From positions 64,001 through 128,000 of the IMG/VR virus record IMGVR_UViG_3300005573_000058: DNA of 64,000 nt, one strand, 5' to 3'. The position numbers and the translations under genes were made by a program. Each line of letters starts with the position of its first letter. Position 1 is the first letter of the stretch. Below, piece after piece: positions 48,138 to 59,582 of the stretch. The notes beneath the pieces are model-generated. The model was not told the origin of the DNA, made no database searches, and worked only from the letters and a program-made list of their open reading frames with translations. The DNA comes from a virus.

Positions 48138-49982
48138 ATGTTTAATAAGCCTTCTTATGAATGTTTTTTATATACTTTATGTAAGTTATATGAAGATACC
48201 AAAAAATTCCTAAATATAGATAAATTAGAACAACTCATTGCTAGTAAAAAAAGACATGATTTTGATGATATTAAGATATCAGAAATACAATATATTTATA
48301 ATAAATCTGTTGAAGATACAGATATATATAAAGAATACAAAAATAGTAGGTATGTATATAGTACAACAGAAGGTATGTCGTTTTTTATCTATCTTATAGA
48401 TTGTATTATTAAACAAAACGAAGATGTTTTTAAAGATGTTAATTCATTGTTATCTTATATGAAACTTATTACAAATGATTTAATAACAGATAAATCTAAT
48501 ATTTATATAAATGAAGCTAAACGTAAGAGTATAAGAGAATATGCAACAGATATTACATCAATGAAAGGTTTTCCTGTTCTTAATAGAGATAAAGAAATAG
48601 ATGCTATTTTGTCTATATTACTTAGAAAGAGAAAAAATAATGTTTTATTAGTTGCTGATCCTGGTATAGGTAAGACAAGCATAGTATATGAAATAGCAAG
48701 AAGACTAAAAGAAATGCCGTTCTTTCAAGATAAAATAATATGGAGTGTTGATTTATCATCAACTGATGTAGAAGATGTTACTAATAAAGCAAAAGTATTA
48801 TATGATATATCTGATATAGGAGATATTATTTTTATAGACGAATTACACTCTGCTGTTATACCATCAATGTATAAACAACCTATTATACAAGCAATAAAAG
48901 TAATATCTAATAAAAGTTCAAGAATTATTGCTACAACAACACCATCTGATTATAATGAATTACATAAAGATAAAGCATTATGTAGAAGATTTCATATATT
49001 TAATATATCAGAGTTAACACCATCTGCTGTACTAGATATATTAAAGAATTTATCAAGTTATTATAGATATAATGATAACATCCATTTTACTCAGGATGCT
49101 CTAGAAACTATAATTTATATTGCTGATAAATATATTACATCAGGTAGATTTCCAGATAAAGCAATAGATCTTTTAGAAAGTATTGTAGCAAAAATAAAAT
49201 ATGATATATCACCGTTGAAAATACATGAAACATTTAATATGTATAAATATAAAGGATATCCAGGTGAAATAGATGTTGATAAAAGAACAGTTATAGATAT
49301 GTTTGAAAAAATATATAATACTAAAGTTGAAATTAGTATTGATGTATCTGTATTTTCTCAATTTAAATCAAAGTTAACATCAGAAATTGTTAATTATATA
49401 CAACAAGATGATAAAAAATGTGTTGTTATTGTAACAGATAAACAACATTATAGTGTAGATGTTATAAATAATATGTTAGATGACATGAGAAATATACTAG
49501 TTAACAAGGTAAAATTATATCAAGATATATTGAAGATCGATGGCGCTTTATATGATAGTTCTTTTACTATAACAAATTTAATAGGTAGTCCAGCAGGATA
49601 TGTAGGATATGATGATCCTTCTGTTCTTGATGTATTATTTACTAAAAATAAAATTGTAATATATATTGATGTTGAAAATATGCATCAGTCTATATTACAG
49701 TTCTTTATAAATTGTTATACGAATGGTCAATATACAACAAGGAAAGGTGTACTTAATTTTAGAAATTGTTTATTTATCTTCGCTATCCCTAAGAGTATGA
49801 TCAATGAAGAAAAAATGGTTGGATTTATGACGGATAAGGATTTTGTATCTGGACAAGGTAAATATAATGCAGAAATAAAAAGAATTGTTGATATGGTTTC
49901 TAGAATATTTTATGTAGAAAATGGAAATGTAAAATTTTTAGAGAAAGGAGGAAAATATGAACGAAACAAAAGTAAAAATTGA
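48138..49982 (+). CDS. ClpA/ClpB-like ATPase with a degenerate second AAA module
   Basis: DPGIGKT, FIDELH, ALCRRF, PDKAIDL; LIGSPAGYVGY without a second Walker A. Confidence 0.85.
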   Translation: MFNKPSYECFLYTLCKLYEDTKKFLNIDKLEQLIASKKRHDFDDIKISEIQYIYNKSVEDTDIYKEYKNSRYVYSTTEGMSFFIYLIDCIIKQNEDVFKDVNSLLSYMKLITNDLITDKSNIYINEAKRKSIREYATDITSMKGFPVLNRDKEIDAILSILLRKRKNNVLLVADPGIGKTSIVYEIARRLKEMPFFQDKIIWSVDLSSTDVEDVTNKAKVLYDISDIGDIIFIDELHSAVIPSMYKQPIIQAIKVISNKSSRIIATTTPSDYNELHKDKALCRRFHIFNISELTPSAVLDILKNLSSYYRYNDNIHFTQDALETIIYIADKYITSGRFPDKAIDLLESIVAKIKYDISPLKIHETFNMYKYKGYPGEIDVDKRTVIDMFEKIYNTKVEISIDVSVFSQFKSKLTSEIVNYIQQDDKKCVVIVTDKQHYSVDVINNMLDDMRNILVNKVKLYQDILKIDGALYDSSFTITNLIGSPAGYVGYDDPSVLDVLFTKNKIVIYIDVENMHQSILQFFINCYTNGQYTTRKGVLNFRNCLFIFAIPKSMINEEKMVGFMTDKDFVSGQGKYNAEIKRIVDMVSRIFYVENGNVKFLEKGGKYERNKSKN

Positions 49983-50535
49983 TAGTTCTAATATTATTGA
50001 TGTTACATTCAATTTGTTTTTTACTAATAATAATTTATTACGTAAGATTATTTCAGATATAGTAGAGAATAAAGTACATATAGATACATTGAATACTGAA
50101 ATAAGTCATAGTGATTATGGTAAAATAAAAATAGAAATTCCACAATCTTTTTTTGATAGTATTGTTGGTATGTCACGATTGTACATGGAAGGATCGGTAA
50201 TTGAGAATATAATTGAAGATATTAAATCTGATTTTTCAGATTTTACTCCTGAAAAGATTAATATTCTTATAAACATAATATCTCAAAATTTTATGTATGT
50301 TATAATTGATTGTGTACTTCTTGGTTATATGTTATGTTCATCTTCTATTTTTTATCATTTTAAGACTGAAGCTAAAAAATCATTCTTCGATCTGTGGTTA
50401 GAAGGATATTTACCGAATGAATATTATGATTACGATATTAATAAAATTAGAGATAATGTAAAAGTTGTTTTTATTACAGCAAAACAGAACTTCGAAAAGA
50501 AAAACAAAAAGAGTAAAAAGAAGGAGGTAAAATGA
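49957..50535 (+). CDS. Hypothetical protein
   Basis: ORF with SD. Confidence 0.7.
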   Translation: MNETKVKIDSSNIIDVTFNLFFTNNNLLRKIISDIVENKVHIDTLNTEISHSDYGKIKIEIPQSFFDSIVGMSRLYMEGSVIENIIEDIKSDFSDFTPEKINILINIISQNFMYVIIDCVLLGYMLCSSSIFYHFKTEAKKSFFDLWLEGYLPNEYYDYDINKIRDNVKVVFITAKQNFEKKNKKSKKKEVK

Positions 50536-50984
50536 AACAAATAACAGCAAAGGGCGATTTGCCATCTTCTTTAAGATGTCTTGTAGATATCGTTTTAAAT
50601 ATGAAAAGGAAAATTTATGTATTTGAACTTAGAAGTGGTAATAAGAGAGATAGAATTAAACAATTATCAATAGAAATGGATCTTGTTAGAGAAGTAAGCA
50701 TTGATAATAAAACAGGAAGATATTATTATATTGCTTTTGGTTCTCCTTTAATTGTTGATCATGAGAAGATGGAAATAAGAGAATCAAGAGACTATATTTT
50801 GTATTTTTATGAAATGAAAGTTGATGAATATCTATCTATAAAACGTATTCAAGATAGAATAGAAACGGAAGAAAGAGATAGATTAGAGTATATACAGAGT
50901 TTAGTTGAAAAAGGATATAAAGTTAAATATTCTGATATCGTGAATATCAAAAAAGAATTTACAGATGCAAAGCCTATTGATTAA
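50532..50984 (+). CDS. Hypothetical protein
   Basis: ORF with SD. Confidence 0.7.
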   Translation: MKQITAKGDLPSSLRCLVDIVLNMKRKIYVFELRSGNKRDRIKQLSIEMDLVREVSIDNKTGRYYYIAFGSPLIVDHEKMEIRESRDYILYFYEMKVDEYLSIKRIQDRIETEERDRLEYIQSLVEKGYKVKYSDIVNIKKEFTDAKPID

Positions 50985-51353
50985 AAGGAGGTTTCAATAA
51001 TGGATTTAGTTGATTTTGTTCTTTTATATATTGCTGATATCATTTATCCTAATACAAGAGTTGTAGAGATATTATCTAAAAGTGATATAACAGATGAGGA
51101 TAGAGAATATATTGAAAAATGTAGAAATGAGACCAAGATTGATTATGCTCATTATAAGAAAATAATAAGGACTATTAAAAATATTTCTAAAGAATATGGT
51201 ATAAAAGAATCAATGTTATGGGAATATGTGAATATTATTATGCCTAAAAATGTTGAAAAACAATTAACTACAGAAGAGTTATGAAATTTAAAAAAAAATG
51301 CTTGACAAATTTGAAAAATATTGTTATATATATTAATAAACAAGGGAGGTACT

Positions 51354-51872
51354 ATGACAGAACAGAAAGTGTCAGATGTTGTAAGTGAATTGTTAAAAAT
51401 TGACTATAGTAATGCTAAACAAGTAAAGTACATACAAGATACATATCTGCATAGTATTATGGATGTAGACACTGGAAGTATAACAGAGTTAAAAGATAAA
51501 AATATAAAACTTCTGTATTTTTATCAAATTGCTTTTGATTGTTACAGAATATCTCAAGCAAGATATAAATACTGGTCAGCTAAATTTGAAATGAGATATA
51601 GGGCATTATCTAAATCTATGCTTGATATAGAATCGTCATCACATAAAGTAGAAACAAAAGCAAAGGCTGATGCGTCTAATGAATATGGTGAAAAGGTGTT
51701 AGAGTGGGAACTCAAATATAGATTTTGGCAATCTGTTATAGATGAAATGGATAGAATTGCAAAGAGGATAGATTCAAGTACTATATTGCTTGGTATAGAA
51801 AGAAAAATATATCAGGCTGGTTTTGATAATATAGAACAAGATGAAGGGGAAACAGTAAAAAATGATAGATGA
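51354..51872 (+). CDS. Helical hypothetical protein
   Basis: Follows the promoter at 51302; SD. Confidence 0.7.
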   Translation: MTEQKVSDVVSELLKIDYSNAKQVKYIQDTYLHSIMDVDTGSITELKDKNIKLLYFYQIAFDCYRISQARYKYWSAKFEMRYRALSKSMLDIESSSHKVETKAKADASNEYGEKVLEWELKYRFWQSVIDEMDRIAKRIDSSTILLGIERKIYQAGFDNIEQDEGETVKNDR

Positions 51873-52953
51873 ACATGAAAATATATACATTGAGTATATA
51901 GTAGAGTTATATAGGTCAGGTGGATCTATTGTTTTTTCTCCAGAAGAAGAGAAACAAAAATTTATAGAATTGGATGATTGTAGGAAGCAATTTATTGAAG
52001 CTGTGATAAACAAATCTGAATATCTAGAATATTATTTATCTATACTTAATAACATTATAGTCGAAAAAGATTTATTTCAGAAATATTTTGTTAGTGTTCA
52101 TCATAATAGAATAAAGAATATTGGGTATGTTAATCTGATTCATAGTTTTCTTTCTCAACATTTAGAAGAGATTAAGCAAGCAGTTAAAAATAATGATATT
52201 AAAAAAATTAAAAAATTATTGTATATATTAAAACCATCAACTAAGTTAATATATGATTTTGCCAAAAAGTTTAGTGAATTACAATTTATATATGATAAAT
52301 ATAAAAATATCTTTGATTCAATTGTTATACATAATTTAAAACTTGTATTAACTCAGATAAAATCATATGATAGCGGTTCTTTACAAATGAATGATTTAAT
52401 ACAAGAAGGTAATATTGGTCTTATTAAAGCTGTTGAAAAATTTGATATTAAGAAGGAAACTAAATTTTCTACATATGCTAGTTGGTGGATAAAATTTTAT
52501 ATACTACGTTCTCTTGCAAATAAAAAAGATATTATTAGAATACCTGTTTATCTTTATACTGTTTTAAATGTATTGTATAACAATGTAGGAATAATAGATG
52601 ACATAAAAGACATTGATAAAGAGACATTAAAAGAAATATCTAAGAAATATAACATAGTATTAGAGCATTTAATGCAAGCTATTTCATGTTTAGATGTTAA
52701 AGTAATTTCAGATAATTTGTTTATAAGTGAACAATATAGTAATGAAAATATAGAATATTTATATTTCTATCAGCTTTTTGATAAAAAGATAATAAATATT
52801 TTAACAAATAAAGAACTTGCTTTGTTATTTGATGTTTTGATTTTCAATAAAACAGCAAACATAAATGAAAATAGTTTTATTAACATAATTAAAAAATTAA
52901 AACAAAAAACAAAAGGAGGTACGTATGGAAGAAAAACTAGAAGTAATAACTAA
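51862..52953 (+). CDS. Sigma-70 family factor (regions 2-3 clear, region 4 degenerate)
   Basis: DLIQEGNIGLIKAVEKFD, KFSTYASWWI, IRIPV. Confidence 0.88.
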   Translation: MIDEHENIYIEYIVELYRSGGSIVFSPEEEKQKFIELDDCRKQFIEAVINKSEYLEYYLSILNNIIVEKDLFQKYFVSVHHNRIKNIGYVNLIHSFLSQHLEEIKQAVKNNDIKKIKKLLYILKPSTKLIYDFAKKFSELQFIYDKYKNIFDSIVIHNLKLVLTQIKSYDSGSLQMNDLIQEGNIGLIKAVEKFDIKKETKFSTYASWWIKFYILRSLANKKDIIRIPVYLYTVLNVLYNNVGIIDDIKDIDKETLKEISKKYNIVLEHLMQAISCLDVKVISDNLFISEQYSNENIEYLYFYQLFDKKIINILTNKELALLFDVLIFNKTANINENSFINIIKKLKQKTKGGTYGRKTRSNN

Positions 52954-53477
52954 AGATGTTGAAGATTTAAAATCTTCGGTAAAGTTTTTACAAGATGTAA
53001 TTGCATCTTTTCAGAAAAATGTAGCTAATGATCAAGAAAAAATGACACAACTTATTACTCAATCATTAATGACTCTTGAAATACTGTTAAGGATACTTCT
53101 TAAAAAAGAAGTTTTGAACATGACTGATGTAGAAGAAGAGCAACAAAAGTATATGGAAGAATTGAATAATGTGATGAATCAACAAAAGAATATTCAAGGT
53201 ACATCAAATAAAAAGAAATGAAATTTCCGATATCCGAAAAGACTGCTATGTCATATGGAATATGTCCTGTGTGCTCTAATGAACTGAAAGTACCAGTAAG
53301 ACTAAAATTAATGTCGATTGTTGATAAGATAGGCGAAGATAAAGTAACACTATTTTTTGGATGTTTTAATTGTAAATCTATGTTTTACAGCATAGAAATA
53401 TCTAGAGAAACTTATAATAAACTAGCAGAGCAGGCATTAGTTGTTTTTAAGAAAATGGAAGGGGTAGAACAGAAAAA

Positions 53478-55832
53478 ATGAAATGTAATGTTCCATTAAT
53501 TGTTAATTTCGGAAAGACGAAGTTGAAAATATGGAGTAATGGTAAGGTCAATATTTTACCCCTTCCATTTAACCCTTTTATTATTAAGAAAGATGAGAAA
53601 GGTGATTTGATAGTAAATTCTTATACTGAGAAAAATGTAAGAGTACGAAAAATTCAGTATAATAATATTCTAGATTTTAAAGAAGTTTATAAATATTTAC
53701 CTGAGTCTGAAAGTAAAGATTTATTTTATACATCGCTCAAGATAATGTATTACACTTTTGCCAAAGATTTGATAATGAAATATAAACAAACTGATGATTT
53801 AAAGATATTAATTCTTGACATTGAAGCAATTACTGATTCTAAACTAACAACTTCTGGTGAAAATCCTATTACATCTATTGCTGCTAAATTTAATGATAAT
53901 GATATTATTTGTTTTTCTGACTTTAGAAAAACATTAAAATATCCTGATTTGTATATTATTAAAGAATTTACAAGTTATTTTCAACAGGTAGATCCTGATA
54001 TTATTGTCTCATATACACCATTTGATATTATTGTATTACAAAACAGGATAAATAAGATGAAAGGAACTGTAGATGTTTTAGCATATCATAGAGAATTTGG
54101 TCATTCATCTAGAGCTACAGTTGATGAATATAAGTTTGCATCTAAAAAGCCAGATGGTACTTATTATATTAGTTTTAACGGTAGGATATATATAGATTTA
54201 TATCAGTTAGTTAAAAAAGATACAAGTTTAACAGGTATTACAGATAGAAAATTAAAAACATTAGCTAAGTTTTATAATTTAGATTATATTGAACTAACAA
54301 AAGATCAAATGAATGATATGATCAATATAGTCAATACACCTATACTAACAGAATATAATAAATCAGATGTTAATATTACATCTTATATTTTTTACAGAAA
54401 TTACATAAATAGTTTAATTTCTTTAGCTGAACAATTAGAAATAGCATTAGAAGATTCTTATGATTTTTTACTGAGGAAATCTAATATAGCTGAGTTATTA
54501 CTTTTTAGAGAAATGTCGTCTAAAAATATTTATCCTTTTGGTACTAATGCTCAAAGATATCCGGATATTGTAAAAGATGTGAATATAAATGGTAAAATAG
54601 AAAAAAGGTTCAAATATGAGGGAGCATATGTTGATATATGTAAAACAGGTGTTATATCGCCTGTGTGGAAGTATGATTTTAGTAGTTTTTATCCATCTGC
54701 TGCACTAACTTTTAATATATCGCCTGAAACAACGACTATTTATGCAAAAAATCAGTATACTGGACAATTTAAATTCTGGAGACAGGAAGGATACTTATAT
54801 ATATCTTGTCCTGATTCTAATTTAAATTTGGATGTTGTTATAAGAATTGCTCTACCTAAAGAAGGACAAGAAGGTATAGTTAGAAAAATGATACAAGAAA
54901 TGTGGAAAAAGAAAGATGAAATTAAGAAGCAACTTAAAAAAGATCCTAATAACTTATCATTACAAAGTCAATACAATAATATCAAGGTTATTATTAATGC
55001 ATTTTCTTATGGAGCATCAGGTCTTGCTTATAGCAGATGCGGCGATTTGGCATCAGCTTTTGCTATATCATCTATATGTAGGTATATATCAAAAAGAATT
55101 GTAACAGATGTATTTAAAGAACATACAGTAGAAGTAGATACTGATGGTATATATGTAGATAAGAAATTCGATCTTAATGTATTACAACAATGGATCAATG
55201 ATCTAATTAAGAATGAATTTCATCTGAAAAGTTATTTTAAGATAGATGAGGAAGAATATCAATCATCATTTTTCTATAAAATGAAAAATTATATTTTAAA
55301 AACTTATGACAATAAAACAATTATACATGGAGCAGCATTTAAATCTAGTAGTAAATGTAAGTTATTTGCTCATGTATTACATAATATGATTGATTATATA
55401 TTAAATAACCCTAAGACAACATTAAAAGATATGATAAATTATAAACTCAAATTAAGTGATTTGTCTCAGTATAAGTGGCCAGATGATTTTGTTTTGTCTT
55501 TTAGAGTATCAAGAGATAAAGATGAATATATTTCAAAGACATCTCTATCATATAAAATGATTGAGCAATATGAACAAAAAACAGAAACAAGAGTTAGAAC
55601 AGATGATACAATATTTTATGTTGTTACGAAAGGAATGAATTATAAGATCCTTGATAACTTATCCCCGAATGATATATATAGTGAGCAATATTATCGGGAA
55701 TTAATTGACAATTTTTGTGAAGAAGTATTTGGTATCCCAATCAATAATTCTGTCAGTTTATTTCATGGTATGTTAAAAGAAGAAAAGAAAGAAATTACAG
55801 AAGAAGAGAATGTAGAAGAAGATGAAATTTAA
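53478..55832 (+). CDS. polB: Family B DNA polymerase
   Basis: Exo I LDIE; YDFSSFYPS; KVIINAFSYG; DTDG. Confidence 0.92.
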   Translation: MKCNVPLIVNFGKTKLKIWSNGKVNILPLPFNPFIIKKDEKGDLIVNSYTEKNVRVRKIQYNNILDFKEVYKYLPESESKDLFYTSLKIMYYTFAKDLIMKYKQTDDLKILILDIEAITDSKLTTSGENPITSIAAKFNDNDIICFSDFRKTLKYPDLYIIKEFTSYFQQVDPDIIVSYTPFDIIVLQNRINKMKGTVDVLAYHREFGHSSRATVDEYKFASKKPDGTYYISFNGRIYIDLYQLVKKDTSLTGITDRKLKTLAKFYNLDYIELTKDQMNDMINIVNTPILTEYNKSDVNITSYIFYRNYINSLISLAEQLEIALEDSYDFLLRKSNIAELLLFREMSSKNIYPFGTNAQRYPDIVKDVNINGKIEKRFKYEGAYVDICKTGVISPVWKYDFSSFYPSAALTFNISPETTTIYAKNQYTGQFKFWRQEGYLYISCPDSNLNLDVVIRIALPKEGQEGIVRKMIQEMWKKKDEIKKQLKKDPNNLSLQSQYNNIKVIINAFSYGASGLAYSRCGDLASAFAISSICRYISKRIVTDVFKEHTVEVDTDGIYVDKKFDLNVLQQWINDLIKNEFHLKSYFKIDEEEYQSSFFYKMKNYILKTYDNKTIIHGAAFKSSSKCKLFAHVLHNMIDYILNNPKTTLKDMINYKLKLSDLSQYKWPDDFVLSFRVSRDKDEYISKTSLSYKMIEQYEQKTETRVRTDDTIFYVVTKGMNYKILDNLSPNDIYSEQYYRELIDNFCEEVFGIPINNSVSLFHGMLKEEKKEITEEENVEEDEI

Positions 55833-55846
55833 GCAAAGGAGGTATT

Positions 55847-56887
55847 ATGTTTGGTAAATCAAAAGTAAAGGTTGGTAGTTTGCTTGAAAAAACGAAAATT
55901 CTTACAGATGATGGTATTCAAAATCTGACTGCTGGTTCTTTTAAAATTAAAAATCAGGTTGTTACAGCAGAAATATCGGAAAATACGGGTAATCAGGATA
56001 TATACAAAGTAAAAATTGAAAATGGTAAAGTATACTATCTTGTTGCAGATCATCCTGTAGTTGTATTTGGAACAGAAAGGACTTGTGAAACAAAGCTGGT
56101 TGCTGATATTATAAAGGATGATAAGCTTTGTTTTACTAAAGTTGATAAACTAGGTTATGGTAAAGAGGGTTCATTCGAAGCTGGTTATTTTGTAGGAACA
56201 ATTATTACTAGATCTTCTTATAGTTTTGTTGATAACAAGATTTTATTTAATGTAGTATTTAAGAAAGATGAAACAAAATATATGTGTTGTGATATGTTTT
56301 ACTATTTTTTGTTAAAGAATAAAATTGATAAAATAGGTAATAATTATGTAGTAGATTCTGATTTATATGTTGACAATATGACAGCAAGTTTATATGATGT
56401 TCTTAAACAATTTTTAAAACAGAAAAGTGTTGTTTTTATGAATCCTTTTTTATATGTAAATGCATCAGAAGAATTTCGTAGAGGCCTTGTTAGTGCTTTA
56501 TTTTCAACAGATAGTTATATACTTGAAGATAATGGTATTGTATTTTATTCAAAATTTAAGAGTTTTATTTATGATCTATCTGATTTTATCGGATTTTATG
56601 GTATAAAACATTTTATATCTTATAAAACAAATCTGTATAAAATAATTATACCTAAATCACAATTATCACATTTTGATAAGATATTTGTTATTCAACATAG
56701 AAAGAAAAAAGATATATTAGAATCTTTATCTAATAGTGTTGTTAGTATTTATGATGATAATTTCTATAATATTCATACTATACGGAATATTCAACAAATA
56801 AATGAAAACTTGAAGACTATAGATTTATATGTAAATAATACGCCATTTACTTATAAATTATCACATATATCAGGAGGTGTATTATGA
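55847..56887 (+). CDS. Free-standing degenerate intein-like protein (HINT plus LAGLIDADG)
   Basis: SLLEKTKILT, ADHP, GYFVG, EEFRRGLVSALFSTDS; no exteins and no terminal HN. Confidence 0.7.
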   Translation: MFGKSKVKVGSLLEKTKILTDDGIQNLTAGSFKIKNQVVTAEISENTGNQDIYKVKIENGKVYYLVADHPVVVFGTERTCETKLVADIIKDDKLCFTKVDKLGYGKEGSFEAGYFVGTIITRSSYSFVDNKILFNVVFKKDETKYMCCDMFYYFLLKNKIDKIGNNYVVDSDLYVDNMTASLYDVLKQFLKQKSVVFMNPFLYVNASEEFRRGLVSALFSTDSYILEDNGIVFYSKFKSFIYDLSDFIGFYGIKHFISYKTNLYKIIIPKSQLSHFDKIFVIQHRKKKDILESLSNSVVSIYDDNFYNIHTIRNIQQINENLKTIDLYVNNTPFTYKLSHISGGVL

Positions 56888-57147
56888 GAGAAAAATTGAT
56901 GATTTTTTATAGTGAGAATTGTCCTGTTTGTATGGAAGTTTTATCATTTACATGGTTAGATGATGTTGAATTTTATTGTTTAGAGAATCAAGAACATAAA
57001 CATTTGTTTAAAAAGTTCGATATAAAGAAAGTACCCTTCTTTATTATTAAAACAAAATATGATTATGGTGAAGAATATATTGTTGTTGGAAGTGGTTTAA
57101 AAACATTAGGAGATGATAGAGTTTCAAAATATCTTAAAAAGGAGTAG
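56884..57147 (+). CDS. Thioredoxin/glutaredoxin-like protein
   Basis: CPVC and cis-Pro motif KVPF. Confidence 0.8.
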   Translation: MREKLMIFYSENCPVCMEVLSFTWLDDVEFYCLENQEHKHLFKKFDIKKVPFFIIKTKYDYGEEYIVVGSGLKTLGDDRVSKYLKKE

Positions 57148-57152
57148 TAGAT

Positions 57153-59582
57153 ATGCCCAAGATGCAAGAAGTTATTGAAATATTAAAAACTAAACTACCA
57201 GAATATCTTATGTTTCATGGTAGGGATTATAAAAAAGGAAATTTTCAATGTTTGCAGCCAGAGAAACATGCTAATAATGATAGAAGAGCATCAATGGGTC
57301 TTGTTCCTCAAACAGGAAATACGGTAGCACATTGTTTTACTTGTTCGTTAAATGTTAATATATTTGGTGCGGCACATATTTTAGAAGGCTTACCCATAAA
57401 TGGTCAAGAATTCTTTACTGTAACAGTTCCTACTTTGGCAAAAAGATTTGGAATAGACATAGAAGAAAATACATTAACAGAGGAAGAACAGTTTATTTTA
57501 ACATTATACGAAGCATATAAAGATATGGAACGCTATTGTATTGATAATTTAACTAATAATCAGTATGCAATAGAAGAAATAACAAGAAGAGGTTGGAAAG
57601 TTGAAATATGTAAACAACTTGGTTGTGTTGGTGCTGTTAAAAGTTATGATGATTATATAAATTATATGGAAAATCTTGGATGGTCAAAAGATTTTTTAAA
57701 AAGAACAGATGTTGACTTGTTTAGACAATCATTATTTAATGATAATAAATTAATATTTCTTGTAAAAGATGAGTTTAATAGAACTGTTGGTGTTGCATCA
57801 AGAATAATAGGAGATAAAAGAGATGATAGTAATGTAGAAAAATATGTTAATACAAGAACAACTCCTATTTATAAAAAACATGAAATCTTATTTAATCTTT
57901 ATAATATTGTAAAAGGTTCTTCTATTTATGTATTCGAAGGATATGCAGATGTTTTAACAGCAATGCACTATGGAATATATAACTGTGTTGCAACAGGGGG
58001 TGTTGCTTTTACAGAAGAACATATAAAAGCGTTAGAAAGAAAAAATGTATCAGAAATAATACTAGCATTTGATAATGATAGTGGCGGAAGGAAAGGTTCT
58101 AGATCTGTAATTAATTTGTTTAATAGTGTAAAAACTAATATTAATTTACTATTAATAGATTATAAAACAGTTCCAGAAAAATATACAGATGTAACAACAG
58201 ATGATATTCAATCACTTGATGATCCTGATAAGATAATAAGTAAGTATGGTGGTGAGTTTTTTACTTCTTTTCGTTCTATACAACCATTTGAATGGCTATT
58301 GATGAATATACCATATAACTATGAAAAACCCAAGATTATAAAAGAGATGATAGATTTAATAATGCAAAATAGGAGTCCATTAGAACGAGCCAATATGGCT
58401 AGAATTTTATCTCAACATACTGGTGAACCTCTTAATATTATAATGGAAGAAATAAGATATAGAGAAAACTTGTTAAATGCACAATATCAAGAAGAAGTTA
58501 GGAGTATAGCAATGGAAACTATAAACAATCTAAGAAAAGGTGCAAACGCTGTTATAACCATATTAACAGCTGCTGATAAAATTAAACGTCTTAACTTAGA
58601 TGAAACGAAAAATTTCAATGAAAAGTATACAAAGGATATTAAAGAAGTATATGATAAAATTGTTTCTAAAAAAGATTTAACAGGCTTTAAACTGGGATCT
58701 TTAGATATATTAGAATCTAAAATGGATGGATTTACAAAAGATGGTGCATTAATTCTTTTAGGTGCTGAACCTCATTTTGGAAAAACAAGTTTTTTAAGAT
58801 ATTTATCATATCAGCTTGTAATATCTAATCCTAATGTTTGTGTAGTTTATTTTTCTCTTGAGGATAATAAGTTTAAAATGATACCAGCATTTATATCAAT
58901 AATTAATAAGTTTCGCCTTAGAGATGTAATGAACCCAAATAAATATCTAGACAATGAACAATTAGCAAGATTTAAAGCAGGTTTTGATTTAATAACAAAA
59001 TTAAAAGAAGAGAAGAGGTTATATATATTAGATGCACAATATGGAACAACATTTCGAGCAATGGAGTCTATAATTGATGATATAAAGCGTCTTTCAAATA
59101 GGGATATTGTAGTTATAATTGATCATTTTTATAAAATAACAGACAATTCTAATCTTGGAATGAGAGAAAAAATAATTCATAATATTGAGAGATTACAATT
59201 AATGGCCTCTATATATAATGTACCGATATTTTCTGTTGTTGAATTAAATAAATTACCACCAGGAGCTAGACCTGATATTACAAATATAACAGAAACAGGA
59301 AGAATTGCATATGAAGCAGATGTTGTTATGTTGATGTATAATGAACTACTATCGTTAAGAAACAATATAAGTAGTGTACAATTAAAATGGTTCGATGAAA
59401 ATACTCTTGCATATAAACCTATTATAGAATTATCTATTGTAAAGAATAAATTAACTGGATGGTCAGGTCCATTATACTATAAATATGACAATGAATATAA
59501 TATATTTGAGCAACTTGATAATATAGAGATAGAAAAATTACAAGAAACAGAGGATAGCGAATATGAAACGGCAGAATTCTAG
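57153..59582 (+). CDS. DnaG-type primase fused to a DnaB-like helicase
   Basis: CHC2 Zn finger, KYVN, EGYAD and DND (TOPRIM), GAEPHFGKT, EADVV, KNK. Confidence 0.9.
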   Translation: MPKMQEVIEILKTKLPEYLMFHGRDYKKGNFQCLQPEKHANNDRRASMGLVPQTGNTVAHCFTCSLNVNIFGAAHILEGLPINGQEFFTVTVPTLAKRFGIDIEENTLTEEEQFILTLYEAYKDMERYCIDNLTNNQYAIEEITRRGWKVEICKQLGCVGAVKSYDDYINYMENLGWSKDFLKRTDVDLFRQSLFNDNKLIFLVKDEFNRTVGVASRIIGDKRDDSNVEKYVNTRTTPIYKKHEILFNLYNIVKGSSIYVFEGYADVLTAMHYGIYNCVATGGVAFTEEHIKALERKNVSEIILAFDNDSGGRKGSRSVINLFNSVKTNINLLLIDYKTVPEKYTDVTTDDIQSLDDPDKIISKYGGEFFTSFRSIQPFEWLLMNIPYNYEKPKIIKEMIDLIMQNRSPLERANMARILSQHTGEPLNIIMEEIRYRENLLNAQYQEEVRSIAMETINNLRKGANAVITILTAADKIKRLNLDETKNFNEKYTKDIKEVYDKIVSKKDLTGFKLGSLDILESKMDGFTKDGALILLGAEPHFGKTSFLRYLSYQLVISNPNVCVVYFSLEDNKFKMIPAFISIINKFRLRDVMNPNKYLDNEQLARFKAGFDLITKLKEEKRLYILDAQYGTTFRAMESIIDDIKRLSNRDIVVIIDHFYKITDNSNLGMREKIIHNIERLQLMASIYNVPIFSVVELNKLPPGARPDITNITETGRIAYEADVVMLMYNELLSLRNNISSVQLKWFDENTLAYKPIIELSIVKNKLTGWSGPLYYKYDNEYNIFEQLDNIEIEKLQETEDSEYETAEF

